A DNA stretch of 64,000 nt from Azolla caroliniana (lineage: Eukaryota; Plantae; Polypodiophyta): NCBI GenBank assembly GCA_043228905.1, contig JBHGNT010000007.1, forward strand, positions 18,228,001 through 18,292,000, read 5' to 3'. Positions 1-13,600 of this stretch are shown here, piece after piece (positions within the stretch are counted from its first letter, which is position 1; every line of letters begins with the position of its first letter). Below the pieces are notes generated by a model. It worked only from the letters and a program-made list of their open reading frames with translations, was not told where the DNA came from and ran no database searches. A program made the translations under genes and the position numbers.

Positions 1-129
1 CCTTGCTTATAATTTTTTGTTCCTTCACATTTGCTTATCTCTTTTATGCCCTTCAGTCACATTTTAAAAATGTGATTTGTTCATAAAAGCTACTGCTGAT
101 TGAATTGAGCATTGGTTTCTACTTTGCAG

Positions 130-3100
130 ATGAAAGTGTGTGACATATGTGGAGATGCTGGATTTTTGGACTGCCTTGCAATATGCAGTCAATGCAAGGA
201 AGGAGCTGAGCATGTGTTAGTATTGTGTTTCTTATCCTTACAGATAGCAGAGGACAATGTTCTGAATCTTCTTTTTGTTCTTGCACAGGTATTGTATGGA
301 ATTGATCCCCACTGATACTGTGGCTTCAGATTGGGTTTGTGAAACATGTGCTATGAATGTCAAGAATGCACTCTTCCCTAGTAATTCTTATAAGTATAAA
401 AAGTTTGCAGACGGTAAAAGTGTATCCTTCTCAAAAGTATCTGAGAGAAATGATTGCAAAAACACATTCTCTATGCAATCACATAGTGAGGTCAAATCCG
501 TGGAAAATGTTAAGAAACAATTCTGTTCTATGCGGACTATTGCTTACTCGGATACTAAAGTCAAAGCAATCGAAAATCACAGAACTCTTGTATCTAATCA
601 AGAGAGAACAGAAAATGAAATAAACCTTGGGCTGAGATGCGAAACAAACATGAACATGTGTCCGAAACAAGTTTCCAGACTCCGTTGTTCTGAATCCAAT
701 GGTAAACTACATGCAGAATCCAATTCTACACTCAAGTCAGAATCCAGTGTAAATCTAAATTCTGAATCTGATTCTAATCTAAGAACCAGGTCGTGTAAGG
801 GGCAAGAGGAAACTGGTGCATTACTAACTTCAGAAAAAGTATCCCCTGTCAATGAAAACATCATGTTGCGAACCACTCCTTTAAAGAAAAAATTAGTAGA
901 TAAATCTGTGATAAATCCCAAGTATCCCTCAAGTAGTGAGCAACAAACAGAACTCTTTGATATTATTACATCAGGCGATCCTCCAAAGACACCAAGTGTA
1001 AAACTAGAAGACATTCACAATCTGGGAAATAAAGATTCTTCTGAAATTGCACAGAACATCAATATGGACAAGGTGATGGAAAACAAACATACCTTATCAT
1101 GGAGGAAACCTGCAAATGAAATGGGAGAGGCAACAGATTTACGAGTATCAGGATCTGAGACCAGAATGACTGCAGGTGAACACACATCCCCTCCGAAGAA
1201 AGATGACTGGAAAGGTAGATCTGACGTACTTTCTAGCTCTTCGTCTGGCAATTTGAAAATGCAAGCTGGCACCAAACTGGAACCTACTACGGAGAATATT
1301 ATTGAAAACAAGATCAGTACATCATCAATGATACAGACACCGATGTTAGATTATGCTGGTCACATTTCCCAAGACAACAATGAAGCAACATGCAATTCAT
1401 CATGGGATGTTTTTGATCCTACCTCCAAGCAACAACTTAAAGTCTTACAGGGGTCTTGTGCTGATAATGACAGAAACAAGACCTTGCCAGGTTTAAGGCA
1501 TTTAAAAACAAGAGAAATTGCGGGTGTCATAGAAAGAGAAACAGAATTAGGGTCAAAAACGGAAGCTCAGGAAGAAATAATCAACAAAGATGGAGTGAAT
1601 GAAATTTTGAGGCCTTCAAATCAGGAGCCAGTTTGTGAATTTGTGAAGGATGATGCTAGAGATTATATTGGGCAGTGTGTAAGCAATAATGACATCATAA
1701 ATAGGGATTGTAGTAATGATGAAAAATCAACGTTCAATCCAACTGCTGTTGCATTGAGGTCTGTTTCTATGAAACCAAGTGGTAGTTTTCACAAGGACAA
1801 ATTAACAGCACCTTATTTATCTAGGCCATTTTTGACAAAAGTTGAGGAGAGTCATCAAGCTCAGCTTAGATCTAAGCTGAAAGATCCATCAAGTAAGGAA
1901 ATAATAAATAGAGACATTTCTAAACGACAATCAGCTAGATTTGGAAGTATGCCATCTGAAAAATCTATGAAGATTTCAGATCCTCGTTTAGCAAGTTATA
2001 AATGTCATAAATGTAAGAAGTTTGGGCATTTAGCAAGGGTGTGTACTGAAGATTGTATTGGGCCAAAAAAACAAGGATTAAAAGAAACACTGGACAATTA
2101 TGACGAGGGTGTTTGTTATAAGTGTAACAAATCTGGGCATTTGGCAAAGCTGTGTACGGGTGAGTGTGTTGGGCCCAATGAACAAGAGACATCAGCTAGT
2201 CATGATGGCCATGTTTGCTATAAGAGTAACAAATCTAGGAATTCAGCGAGAAAGTGTGAATATAAATGCTATAATTGTAACAAACTTGGGCATTTGGCAA
2301 GGACATGTCATGATGGGCCAAAGCAACAATTTAGAAAAAACTCATTTGGTAGAAAATTCAATTCATTAAAGGATCCCTATGACAATTTTCAAGTAAGCTC
2401 CAATGAAATCATGAAACCTGATTCTATAGTGAATGTGACACATCCTGATTACCAAAGCAATGATGAGGGATGCACATGGCATGGCGACATACCACCGAAA
2501 ACAATTGTACAACCAATGAGAAAGAATATGAAATCAGAAATGCAGACAACTGATTTTGAGCACCAAACTAATTATGAGAATAACAGATATGATAACAAAC
2601 CAAGATTTGAAAGAAGTGGGGTAGCACTCAGGGACTCGCACCACCCTGGGGTATCACTCAGTTACTCAAACCAGCCTGAGGATTATGTGCAAAAGGATTT
2701 AGAGAAATCCATCATTTTAATTCAAGATCATTGTTTTGCTGAGGGATCGAGAGATGCTCGTCTAAACTGTCAGATTTTGCACACTAATGTAGACATGGTT
2801 TCTACAAGGCCAAATCATGGATCTACAAATGATCCTCGGCATGATATCCAAAGTAGGAATTACATGGCTCCTGAATATCGGTTTCCTTGTATTATGGACC
2901 CTTTCTTGGCTCAACCCAGTCCAGATGTTCAAGTTCTCTGGAGGTATTCTCTTTAGAAGTAATTCTGAAAGATAACTTTCGTGCATTCTGGATTTTTGTT
3001 ACGCAAATGATTGATTGAATGTTTGTCAAGCAGTGGTTGTCTAATAACTCATTGGAGAGGCTTAATAGCATGTTACAAGAGGTTTCAGGCACATCCTTCA

Positions 3101-3754
3101 AATATGGCAGACCCAAAAGTATTTCAAGCCATGAAAAATTTGCCTAAAGAGTTACATTTGGAAGTATTGAAAAGGGGAATGGAAAATAACACATGGCCAA
3201 GGTCTTTCAATGAGTGTCCACCAACGAGTGCGAAGATAGGCATGTACTATTTTGCTGAAGACATGGAAAGGTAAGATTTTAAGTTCCAATGAAATGTTTA
3301 ACCTTTCAGGCATTCATCACTTTGTGTTGTGATTTTAATACTAAAGTTTTTTCAGCTACATCAACTCGTACGAACCATTGCTCGATCAATTATCAGCATT
3401 TGATCTTGTCTTACAAATAAAACTCGAGGTTGCACAACTTCTAATTTTTCCTTCTTGTCTCTTACCGAAACATGAGCAATGTAAGTTTTTATATTGGTCT
3501 ATGGCTTTGTGTTGTTTTGTTTGAGCAATAAATGAATCAGTGCCAAATTGGATGTCCACATTCCAGATTGGAACAGAAGGAGGTACCTTTGGGGTATATT
3601 TAGACCATATCAAAAAAATGTTATCGAAAATGACTCAGCATCTCAAGGAGGCGACAATGGTGAAGTTATTGACATGGATATTGATATGATTGGTGGGGCA
3701 GAAGTTCTTCCTGGTGTGGTCACTGACATGGACGTTGTCTGTATGGCTAAATGA
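130..3754 (+). CDS. PHD-finger / CCHC zinc-knuckle / AIPP2-like SPOC-domain protein; exons 130-215, 289-2943, 3034-3270, 3356-3480, 3567-3754 (an upstream exon may lie outside the window)
   Basis: GT-AG introns join in frame. PHD: VCDICGDAGF..LAICSQCKEGAEH(V)YCM..WVCETC. C-terminal AQP..LW/FQAHPSN..PKV/WPRSF..P/LLIFPS..LP/WN..YLWGIFR matches the plant AIPP2-like SPOC-like domain. Three intact CX2CX4HX4C knuckles and one degenerate one lie at ~2000-2310. Confidence 0.85.
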
Positions 3755-5207
3755 GCAGATATTGCGTTTCCCATAATCAGAAATAAAGAAATGGTGTTTC
3801 TGTAAAAAAGTATGAGGATTGATTCCATCTGCTTTACATGTCCATTGTGATTTGCATCCCTGCCTCACTGTATTACTAGTCATGACACGGATGTGAAATG
3901 TTGAAGTTCACAATTTATGGAGTGAGACTCAGTGCCCAATTCTTGAGGGAGTGGTGGATCAATGAGGAATGTTCATTTTGTCATGGTGGTCGGTGCTCTA
4001 CTGGTTTAATGGGGCGTATTGTCAATACTCAAAGACATCAGAATTACTGTGTATATCTAGTTTACTCTATATTGTGTATGTGGTAGATCTTGGGCTGAAT
4101 ATCAACTCAGTTTCAGCAGTGAGTTTATACTTTGGAACTCATTGGTATGTACATGTTCGCCTTTGGTATATGTACTTCCAGATTTGGGTCTACTGGCCAC
4201 TGGCCATTGCTTAGCACAGCCTAAATCTGGATGGGACAAGGACTCCTTGTCTACTCGTATAGTAAAATAGTGCTTAATAGAATTCCGTTCAATGGTTAGG
4301 GATTCACTTAGAGAAGCATGGTATTGTATACATATTGCTTTACAATACTTCTGGTATTGAGGACCTAAGTCAATGCCAAAGTCTCTCTTTTCAAGTTTCT
4401 TTGGGCAAATTTCTCGCAGCAATATTTGGTGGGATCATTTCAATGTTTAGGGATGCGCTTGCAACAATATGTGCAATATGTATTTATACTACTTTACAAC
4501 AATTTTGATGTTGAGGGACTTCCAGTAAACGACAAGGTTATTCATTTTGAGTTCTTTTGTAGTAAGGCCTAGTTAAATCAATGATTGATTGATCTTTGCA
4601 TGGAGTTATATTGTATATTATATTAAAAATCGGTTAATGTGGTTCAGAAAGCTAGCAATAAACATAATATGAGATTTTGTGAGTTTATTAGTCTTAACAT
4701 TCAACCAAATAAAATTCTTTAGTGTTGAAAATGCCTTGATGAAGATGAAGGGATGGTCTTAATGTTGTGATGATCTAACATTGTTTTGCCTTCGATCGCA
4801 TTTGAATATGTTTTCCATGTATTGTTGACCAAACCCAATCTTGCAGGAATCTCTCAGTCACAATGTTCACTCTTGATTGTAACATTCATTGGTAAATTAT
4901 ACCCAAAACTTCTTTATGGGATAGGTTGCTTGCCAGACCCTTTGTATAACAAATAAATTCACAAATAAATTATTTTTTGTACTTGTTTTCTTTCTATAGC
5001 GGAAAAACTTATACAGGCAATGATTTAAAACTTTCAATCATTTTATATCATAATGTTGTTTTATTAGTGAAAAGAAGAGAAATCTTTCTCTTATTGATTG
5101 TTATTCCTACATTTCAAGACAAACAATTGGTTGGGTAACATTTGATACAATTCCCACAAAAGATGCAATCTCCAAAATCAATGCTAACTCTTCAATTGCT
5201 TCTTCTT

Positions 5208-5620
5208 CATGCTCTTAACCAACATCCAATCAATGACGGACAGAGATAATAAACGCTTTGTGTGTGAGTGAGTGAGACCATGAGTAAGCCGATTCAATGA
5301 AAATATTGGGTTATCTTCGAGTGTCAAGCTCGTGTCACTTGCTCGAGGATGTAGAGAGGTATTTTGAGTCGGCATGTTGCATGTGGGTATTTGCTTGACT
5401 TGAATTTGGGTGGTTGTACCATGTACCATGCTCTTAACCAACATCCAATCAATGACGGATAGAGATAATAAACGCTTAAGCAGTGGTATCAACGAAAATA
5501 TTGGGTTATCTTCGAGTGTCAAGCTCGTGTCACTTGCTCGAGGATGTAGAGAGGTATTTTGAGTCGGCATGTTGCATGTGGGTATTTGCTTGACTTGAAT
5601 TTGGGTGGTTGTACCATGTA
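5208..5620. repeat. ~220-bp imperfect tandem duplication at the truncated RT end of the Copia remnant
   Basis: catgctcttaaccaacatccaatcaatgacgga...tgtaccatgtac occurs at ~5208 and ~5427, and shows as a repeated peptide in ORF 5184..5672. Confidence 0.8.
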
Positions 5621-6687
5621 CACCTATTCTAGCTCTTCTTGGAAGAACACATCCATTTGCTGGAGATGTCATCCTTTTGCCACCACGAGTGCAATTACAG
5701 TTCGAATGGTTGTCATCTTTGCCACTGAGGCAAAGATCTCCTCATAGTTGACACCATGTGTCTGTGCATAACCTTCTACTACAACACGGGCTTTGTACTG
5801 GTTAACCACGCCATCAGTTTGTATTTCACTTTGTATATCCATCCACAACTGATTGCTTTCTTGTGTGGTGAGTGGTGGACAAGGTCCCAAGTTTCGTTCT
5901 TGTCGAGTGCTTGTATTTCCCCGTTCATCGCATCGATCCATCATGGATCTTCATTGGCTTTGGCAAAGCTTTCCGGCTCTCGTACGGTTGCCATCGTCAT
6001 CATGAAAGCAAAGTGATATGCCATGTAGTCATTGTAGCCGATTCGGGTGACTATGTTCTTTCCTTTGATGGAGCGACAAAGTTTTTCATTGGTCCCTACA
6101 AGAGTTTTGTTCACTCTGGGTGTCCTCATGATGGGAACACCAAAGTCGTCGTCGATAGAGTGTGCCAATCCATCCATGTCACTTTTGTCGAAGTGGTCAA
6201 CCTCATATTCTAGCATCTTAGCCTTTCCTTTGTCGGGTGAGGCACTTGTTCGAGACGTGCTTTGGTTGCTCGAAGCCTTTTGTGGTCTACTCAACATAGT
6301 TGAGATGGGACTTCCCTTGAGTCGGGTACATACCAAGATGTTGATTCATCAAATACGACATCCCAACTCTCACGAACTTTTCGAGTAGAGGGGTTAAAGC
6401 ACTTGTACCCTTTTTGCTCAAGTGAATCCCCTATGAGAATGCACTTCTCTGATTTCGGATCAATCTTTTGCCTTTTCTCATCGGGAATGTGCATGAATGC
6501 AATTGTGCCAAATATCTTTTAAGTGAGATAGGTTCGGCTTTCGTCCATAGTACTTCTCATGTGGGGTGATGTCATGTACGCCAAATGTTGTGCATTGTTT
6601 CGTCAGGTAGACGATTGTGAAAGGCATTTCGGCCTAGTATGATCTTGGCTAGTCCTTCTCATTCATCATGGCCCTTGCTACCTCGAG

Positions 6688-6951
6688 CATAGTATGAAGC
6701 ATATGTACCATTCGTGCATTCGTATTCGTGAACATTCTCATCATTTGCGTAAGAAAAACACCCTCGAAGTATGGTAAATACCATACTTTTGTACTCATTA
6801 TTTATTAAAAGGTAAATTATTTTTTAGGGTAATAAAGTTAAGGTAAAAAGTGTAAAAAAAAACACAAGAATGTTTTAATAACATACGCATTCGTTTGCAT
6901 ACATATGAAAACGAATGTTTGGGCTAACGAACACGAATATTACGTACTATG
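6688..6951. mobile_element. hAT-type MITE (264 bp) inserted in the Copia integrase
   Basis: Terminal inverted repeats CATAGTA(T/C)G, a perfect 8-bp TSD ACCTCGAG (6680-6687 and 6952-6959), and an AT-rich non-coding interior. Confidence 0.85.
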
Positions 6952-7825
6952 ACCTCGAGGATATGCCAATTCTTCCTTTCAGCTACTCCGTTTTGAAGTA
7001 GTGTGTGCCGGCACATGAACTCTCGCCAAATTCCTTCTTGTTAGCCATGTGTTTTGAATGCATCGGAGAATGAACATTTGTCCTTCTCTTCGCCATCTAA
7101 CAATGAATCGACCCTCCTTTTCAATGATGCAACCTCCGTGGTTGAAACGGACTTGCATGCCTTGTTCCACAATTTGGTTGACTGAGACCAAATTATTCAT
7201 TATGGTTGGTACATGCAAAACATTCGTAATGTATGTTTGGTTACCTTCTTTCCCAAATGGGACATTACCAACATGTTGAATTAGATGAATAATGTCATCT
7301 CTAGTTTCTACATAACCGGGTCGATCGAGCGTTCACAAGTCTTAGAACCATTCTTCATGGGACGTCATGTGGTTTGAGGCGCCCGAAGTCGACAAACCAC
7401 ACATCCTCTAAGCTAGAGGTATTGGTTAGATCGAAGGCCGACATCGAGTTTGCATTATGCCTCATCACAAATATGCCACCATAATCGTCATAGTCAGAGT
7501 TGGAGGCATAGTTTGTGAGTTGACAACTTGTAGGAGCTGACTCACTCTTCTTCTTTCGGTACTCCTCGTGGTGGCCGAATTTGCCATAATATCCACACTC
7601 CATTAAGTTTTTTTATTGGCTTGGTCCGACATGGAAACTGCCCCTTCTTCCAAAAGTTCCTCAGGGGTTTCCACTGTCTTGCCGAAAGTGGGAGTTGCCT
7701 TCATGGGACGGACCTCGTCTACTTCGTCCTTGGTCGGATCAACCTCTTCTTGCACGACTGTGTCCTCTACCACCGTCTAATTGTGAATAGAGCATGTGTC
7801 CTTCCAAGGTGGTGCTCCTTGTTCA

Positions 7826-10800
7826 TGTAAGGAATATGTCCCTCCAGTGGGAGGAGCCGACTGCCCGAAGAAAGCCGACAGTCGAAGACACAACTGGGAC
7901 AGTTGAAGATACTTTGAGACAGTTGACATGGAAAGTCGACTAGGGGAGAGTCAACAAGAGGTGATCGAGGTCGAAGACACGACCGGGTAGTCGAGCCGAC
8001 CAGATGGTCGATGAGCAGGCCAACTAGTCGGACCAGCCCGACAATTGACAAATGACTCGATTGATTAATAAGATTATTATTATTATTAGATAACAATAAT
8101 GTCCATGGTTGTAAATAGCCAATATTGTGTATTGGTATAAATACATGTCACAACACAACAATGTCAAATACGTAGTACAAGATGTCATGCTCAACCATTT
8201 TGATATGAGCATGCATTTGTAAATAATGGTTTAGTATTCTTTTGTATAGCATATAGTACATTTCAGAATCAGAATATTCTAATCAGTAGTATATTCTAGA
8301 AATATTGTACAACATATTCTAGACGAGTATATTCTAGAGATATTCAATCTCGGAACATATATAAATATTTGCAACCTCCTTGGTCCTTTTCAAGGGATTC
8401 AACACCAGTCATTGACACACCAATCTAGTATTCTTGTTTCGCCTCATCTTTGTCTCCTTGATCTTTATTTCCGTCTTCATGCCCTCATGTCGCTCACAAC
8501 ATCTAGAGTTCCTAGCCTTGTCACATCTACCTCCAAGTTCATCCGTGACTCGTAGCCCCATCATCTGTGCTCCATTCTAGTCTACGCTTGGTATATTCAT
8601 GACAGTTTGAATAGTTGAATGAGGAGACTAGAAGGAAGGACAAGGGTGTCCTGGTCCAATTGGAGTCAAACTTGACTCAACATACCGATAGAGGAAGGAA
8701 CCGACAAAGGAGTCCACCAAGGAGAAAGAAATAAAGAAAGATATAGATCTAAGGGCCAAAATTGGCCCATGCTAGATCCAAGTCCAAAGGTAAGCTAACA
8801 AGCTTCTATTGGGGAAAACCTGGACACTTTTAGAATGATCGACACCTCAAGAAGGCAAGAGTGTCGGCAATAATGTCAAACCTAGGAAGATTCCTGATGA
8901 AAAGGGCACATCGGTCGTTGTTATGAGCAATGAAGAAATCTTGTTCATTTGTGAACAAGTAAGTGCAAACCTTGCAAGCGAAGAATGCACTTGGGTCATC
9001 GACTCTGGTGCATCTTTCCATATAACTTCGTCGAGAGAGTATTTCTTGACTTACGTAGTCGGGGATCATGGTTTTGTAAAGATGGGTGACAATGGAGAGT
9101 GCAAGATACCAGACTGAATCTGATATCAATTGGAATATTAGATGACGAAGGCTACAATGGTAGTTTTCGAAATGGCAAGTAGAAGTTATGCCGAGGAAAC
9201 CTCATAGTGCCGAGCATAGAAAGAGGGCACATTGGATATGATGCATGCCCGACTGTGCAAGTCGGAGGTGAATGTGGCAACCAACTCGAGTGGAGAGTTA
9301 TGGCATAAGAGGCACGGCCACATGAGTGAAAAAGGAATGGACATCTTGGCCGACTAGGAACTTCTCCTAGAAGTGAAAGGAGTACAATTGGAGAAGTGTG
9401 TCGACTCCGTTGTCGGAAAGCATAATAGAGCAACATTCCACTCAAGATCCCCGAGAAGAAGAGAAGTTGCATTGGAACTAGTACACACGGATGTGTGCTA
9501 TGTAGATGCTCCATCACATCGAGGTGGACAATACTTCATGACATTTATTGACGACCATAGTAGGAAGACATGGGCCTTCGTACTGAAGTCGAAGGATCAA
9601 GTATTGTCAATGTTTAAGGAGTTCCAAGCAAGAACTAAACGAGAGTCGGGTCGGAAGTTGAAGGTTGTCCGAACCGACAATGGTGGCGAATATAAAGGGC
9701 AGTTTGAGGAATACTGCAAGGCCCAAGGTATTCGAATTGAATACACTGTTCCAAAGACCCCGGAGTTGAACGGGCTTGCAGAGAGGATGAATAGAACAAT
9801 CATGGAGAGAGTAAGAAGTATGGTCCCTCATGCTAAACTGTCGAAATTGTATTGAGCTAAGGCGATGTACACAACTGTTTATCTGATCAACAGGTCTCCC
9901 TCAGTGCCATTGAAATGTGATGTCCCACAGAGGGTGTGGATAGGAAAGGATGTCTCCTACGGACACCTAAGGGTGTTCGGATGCTTAGTGTATATGCATG
10001 TGGCCAAGGATCAGAGGTCGAAGCTCGATAGTAAGTCAAAACCATGCATATTCATGGGATACTCAGAAGATGAGTTCGGCTACAGGTTGTGGGACTTAGT
10101 CGAGAAGAAAGTAGTGAGAAGTCAGCATGTAGTCTTCTTGAAAAACAAGACGATTGAGGTCTGGAAACAATAGAAGTCGGAATCGACTTCCCAATTGACT
10201 CCCACAACCATCGACTTAAGGCCAAGTGAACCGACACAATCAGTTGTTTGGAGACAGCCAGTCGGCACAACCGAATCCGAGTCGATGGACTCGGAGCAAT
10301 CGACAAATATAGATGATTCAGAGTTGGTAGACCTATGGAAGTCGATCAAAGACTACGAGTCGGAATAAAAAAATCAACACATTTGAACCCGAGCCAAGAG
10401 TAGAGTTGGCAGAGACATCCAAATTGGAGTTGACAACAAGTGGAAGGAGATACCCACTCAGAGAAAGGAGAGCACCAACGACATATGCCAGTCAATACAT
10501 CCTCTTGACTAATGAAGGTGAACCAGAGTGCTATGATGAAGCCATTGCCGACAAGCACAGAGAGAAACGGTTGAGCGCGATGCAAGATGAGATGGACTCC
10601 TTGCACGAAAACTACATCTAGGACCTGGTTGAATTACCGAAAGGTAAGAGAGAACTTAGAAACAAATGGGTCTACAAGGTGAAGACTAGAGAAGTCGACA
10701 ACACAACCAGATATAAAGCCCGCATTGTGGTGAAAGGGTTTCAACATAAATGACATCCATTTGAACTATTGTGAGCATTGTTGCCAACATGGATCTAGAG

Positions 10801-12706
10801 ATTGAACAATTGGATGTCAAGACAACATTCTTGCACGGGGAGTTGAATGAAGAGATCTACATGCAACAGCCCAAAGGCTTTGTGGAGAAAGGGAAAGAGA
10901 ACCTGGTGTGTCGACTGAAGAAAAGCTTGTATGGGTTGAAACAAGCTCCACACCAATGGGACAAGAAGTTTGAGTCCTTCATGGTGGAACATAGGTTCTA
11001 GAAAACGCAGGTTGATCACTGTGTGTTCGTCAAAAGGTACAATGAAGGTGACTTCTTAATTCTCTTGTTATATGTAGATGACATGTTGATAGTCGGACAA
11101 GACACAAAGAAGATCGTGAGCTTGAAGAAAGCACTAGGCAAATCGTTTGCCATGAAAGATCTTGGACCGACAACGCAGATTTAGGGATGCACATAGTTCG
11201 AGATAGAACTAAGAAAGTATTGTGGTTGTCACAAGAGAAATATGTGATGAAGTTCCCTGAAAGATTTAACATGTCAGAGGTGAAGCCAATCAACTTTGTG
11301 TTGCCGACCAACTGCAAGCTGAATGCCAAGCAATGCCCGAGAGGGGAGAAAGAAAAGGTTGAGATGAAGAAAGTATCATATGCCTCAACCTTTCACAACT
11401 TAATGTATGCTATGGTCTGTATGAGACCAGACATTGCATTTGTTGTGGGGGCAGTAAGCCGATACATGAGTAATCCAAGCAGAGAACACTAGGCAACAGT
11501 AAAATGGATACTCGGGTACTTAAAAGGCACCTCGGGTGTGTGTCTTAAGTATGGTGTCGGAAAATCTATGCTCGAAGCGTTTGCCGACTCGGACATGTCC
11601 GGGGATGCAGATTCCAGTCGATCTACTTCGGGATACGTGATGACCTATGCAGGGGGAGCAGTGTCGTGGCAGTCACGACTGCAGAAGTCTGTGGTCTTGT
11701 CGACCATAGAGATAGAGTACATGGCAACGGTAGAGGCCGACAAAGAGCTTATTTGGATGAGAAATTTTCTCAGCGAGTTGGGAATGAAGCAAAGGGAGTT
11801 CTTGCTTCATTATAACAGCCAAAGTGCCATGCATCTACCCAAGAATGTTGCATATCACTCCCAGACCAAGCATATACAGAGAAGGTATCACTGGTTGCGG
11901 GAGAAGTCAAAGAAGGAGATTTTATCCTCGTGAAGATCCATACTAACGACAATGGATCGAACATGCTAACAAAGAACCTACCGATGAACAAAGACTTAGA
12001 GCTTGTCGACAGAGGACAAGACGAATGGACTCCTCTCCACAGGAGTGAAGGCAGAGTTTGTAAGGAATATGTCCCTCCAATGGGAGGAGCTGACTGTCGA
12101 AGACACGACCGGGATAGTCGAAGATACTTTAAGAGAGCCGACATGGAGAGTCGATTGGGGGAGATTCAACAAGAGATGATCGAGGTCGAAGACACGATTG
12201 GTTAGTCAGGCCGACCGGATGGTTGATGACCAGGCTGACTAGTTAGACCGACCGATAGATGAGTCAATTGATAAATAAGACTATTATTGTTATTAGATAG
12301 CAATAATGGCCATGATTGTAAATAACCAATACTATGTATTAGTATAAATACACCTAGGGCAAATAGTGTGAGTGTGTAGAACAATATAGTTCTGTGCCTC
12401 TGTTGCGTAAGAGAGCATAGAAGCATAGTGTGTGTGAGCAAGAGAGAGTGAGAAAGAGAGTGGCACCATAGCTAAGTGAGCTTGGACGTCAAGGGCCTTC
12501 TGCGGCTGATACACTCGGTTTTAGAGTGTTGTATTGTGTGATCTCACCTTGTACTTCTCTTTGTATAATTGGAATCTCTGTTCCCGTGGTTTTTCCCCGT
12601 TTAGGGTTTCCACATAAATAAGTGTGTATTGTGCATTTGTTGTTTCCGTGTGTATTGTGTATTTTCAAGTTAGTGTTCCTCACAGATTTGAGATCAACTC
12701 TCAACA
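7826..12706 (+). mobile_element. Nested Tnt1/Tork-like Copia LTR retrotransposon, pseudogenised; 5' LTR truncated (7826-~8145), 3' LTR 12059-12706
   Basis: Both LTRs start TGTAAGGAATATGTCCCTCC and the 3' LTR ends ...CTCAACA. TSD GTTCA/GTTCG. Purine tract before 12059. Domain order PR (WVIDSGASFH), INT (RTDNGGEY, NGLAERMNRT), RT (QLDVKTTFLHG, LYGLKQAP), RNaseH (VSWQSRLQ), with many stops. Confidence 0.9.
8146..8604. mobile_element. Probable solo LTR interrupting the 5' LTR of the Tnt1-like element
   Basis: Bounded by TGTCA...TGACA with a TATA-like tatataaat inside. Homology to the 3' LTR stops exactly at its left edge. No matching TSD, consistent with an adjacent deletion. Confidence 0.5.
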
Positions 12707-12842
12707 GTTCGGATGTGGTTTTCTTTGACCAGTAACATTGATTGAAGGTCGAAGAAGGAAGGAGAATTCTCCCTTGCTAGGATAGCAGTTCACATGGCAC
12801 CGAACCATGGTGCGAGGCAGTTGAGGCATATATCTATTTACA

Positions 12843-12854
12843 TGGTATCAAAGC
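12843..12854 (+). other. tRNA-iMet primer-binding site of the host Copia, lying in an inverted segment
   Basis: TGGTATCAAAGC preceded by ...TTTACA and followed by gag on the + strand. Confidence 0.75.
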
Positions 12855-13149
12855 AATTGGTAGCTTGATCCAACTCATCCGCCTGTTTTGTGTCATAGCT
12901 GACATTCAAGACAACCGGCCTATCGCTATCATAGTACCACTACATAGCTATTATCTGAGAAAGAAGAAGAAGAAGGAAACCCATTTCGACCATCATGAAT
13001 ACTGAGATGGGTAGCTCACTTCCTAGCGAAAAGTTGGATTGAAACAACTTTGCATCTTGGGAATACAAGATGCACCAATACCTTGTCGGCCAAGGATATT
13101 GGAGTTACATCAAAGGAGCACAAGAAACGACACCCAACCCAACACACGT

Positions 13150-13215
13150 TGTCACGGAATTCCATGGGCACGTGTTGGATCAGGACGGGACCACCGAGGC
13201 CTTGAACCAAGGAGC

Positions 13216-13256
<41 letters not shown>

Positions 13257-13600
13257 GGATTAATTGAATGTCTTCAGATGTACACAGGCCTACAATGCGA
13301 TCCGATCCAGACCTATCAATGAATTCCCGATGATGAGCACGCCGGCTTGGAGATTCGGAAAACATGCAAACGGATGGAAGTTAAGATGGGAGTGGCTTCA
13401 AATCGGACAATTCCTGAGTTTTATGATGACGGAAGTGACGGAGACGAAGGAGGAGGCAATCAAAATTTGGAAGAAGGCGTACCGGTTCTTCCTGAGGGAC
13501 AGTAAGATATGGCAGCATCCAAAGAAGCGAAACGGCACAACGTGGTTGACTCCTGCCATAAAAATCCAACATGGGAGCAAGCGGCACAGCGTGGTCGACA
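13150..13600. mobile_element. 451-bp composite insert in Copia gag
   Basis: TGTC...GACA ends with flanks ACGT/ACGC. Removing it restores the gag reading THANYPTWE. Contains a (GA)n run and retroelement-like coding scraps. Confidence 0.55.

Noticed and set aside
112-315. Stand-alone 67-aa PHD-like ORF
   Set aside because: It is the 130-215 exon read through into the flanking introns.
1998-2310. Zinc knuckles as an inserted retroelement gag
   Set aside because: No LTR, TSD, protease or capsid sequence nearby. The knuckles are in frame inside an intact host exon.
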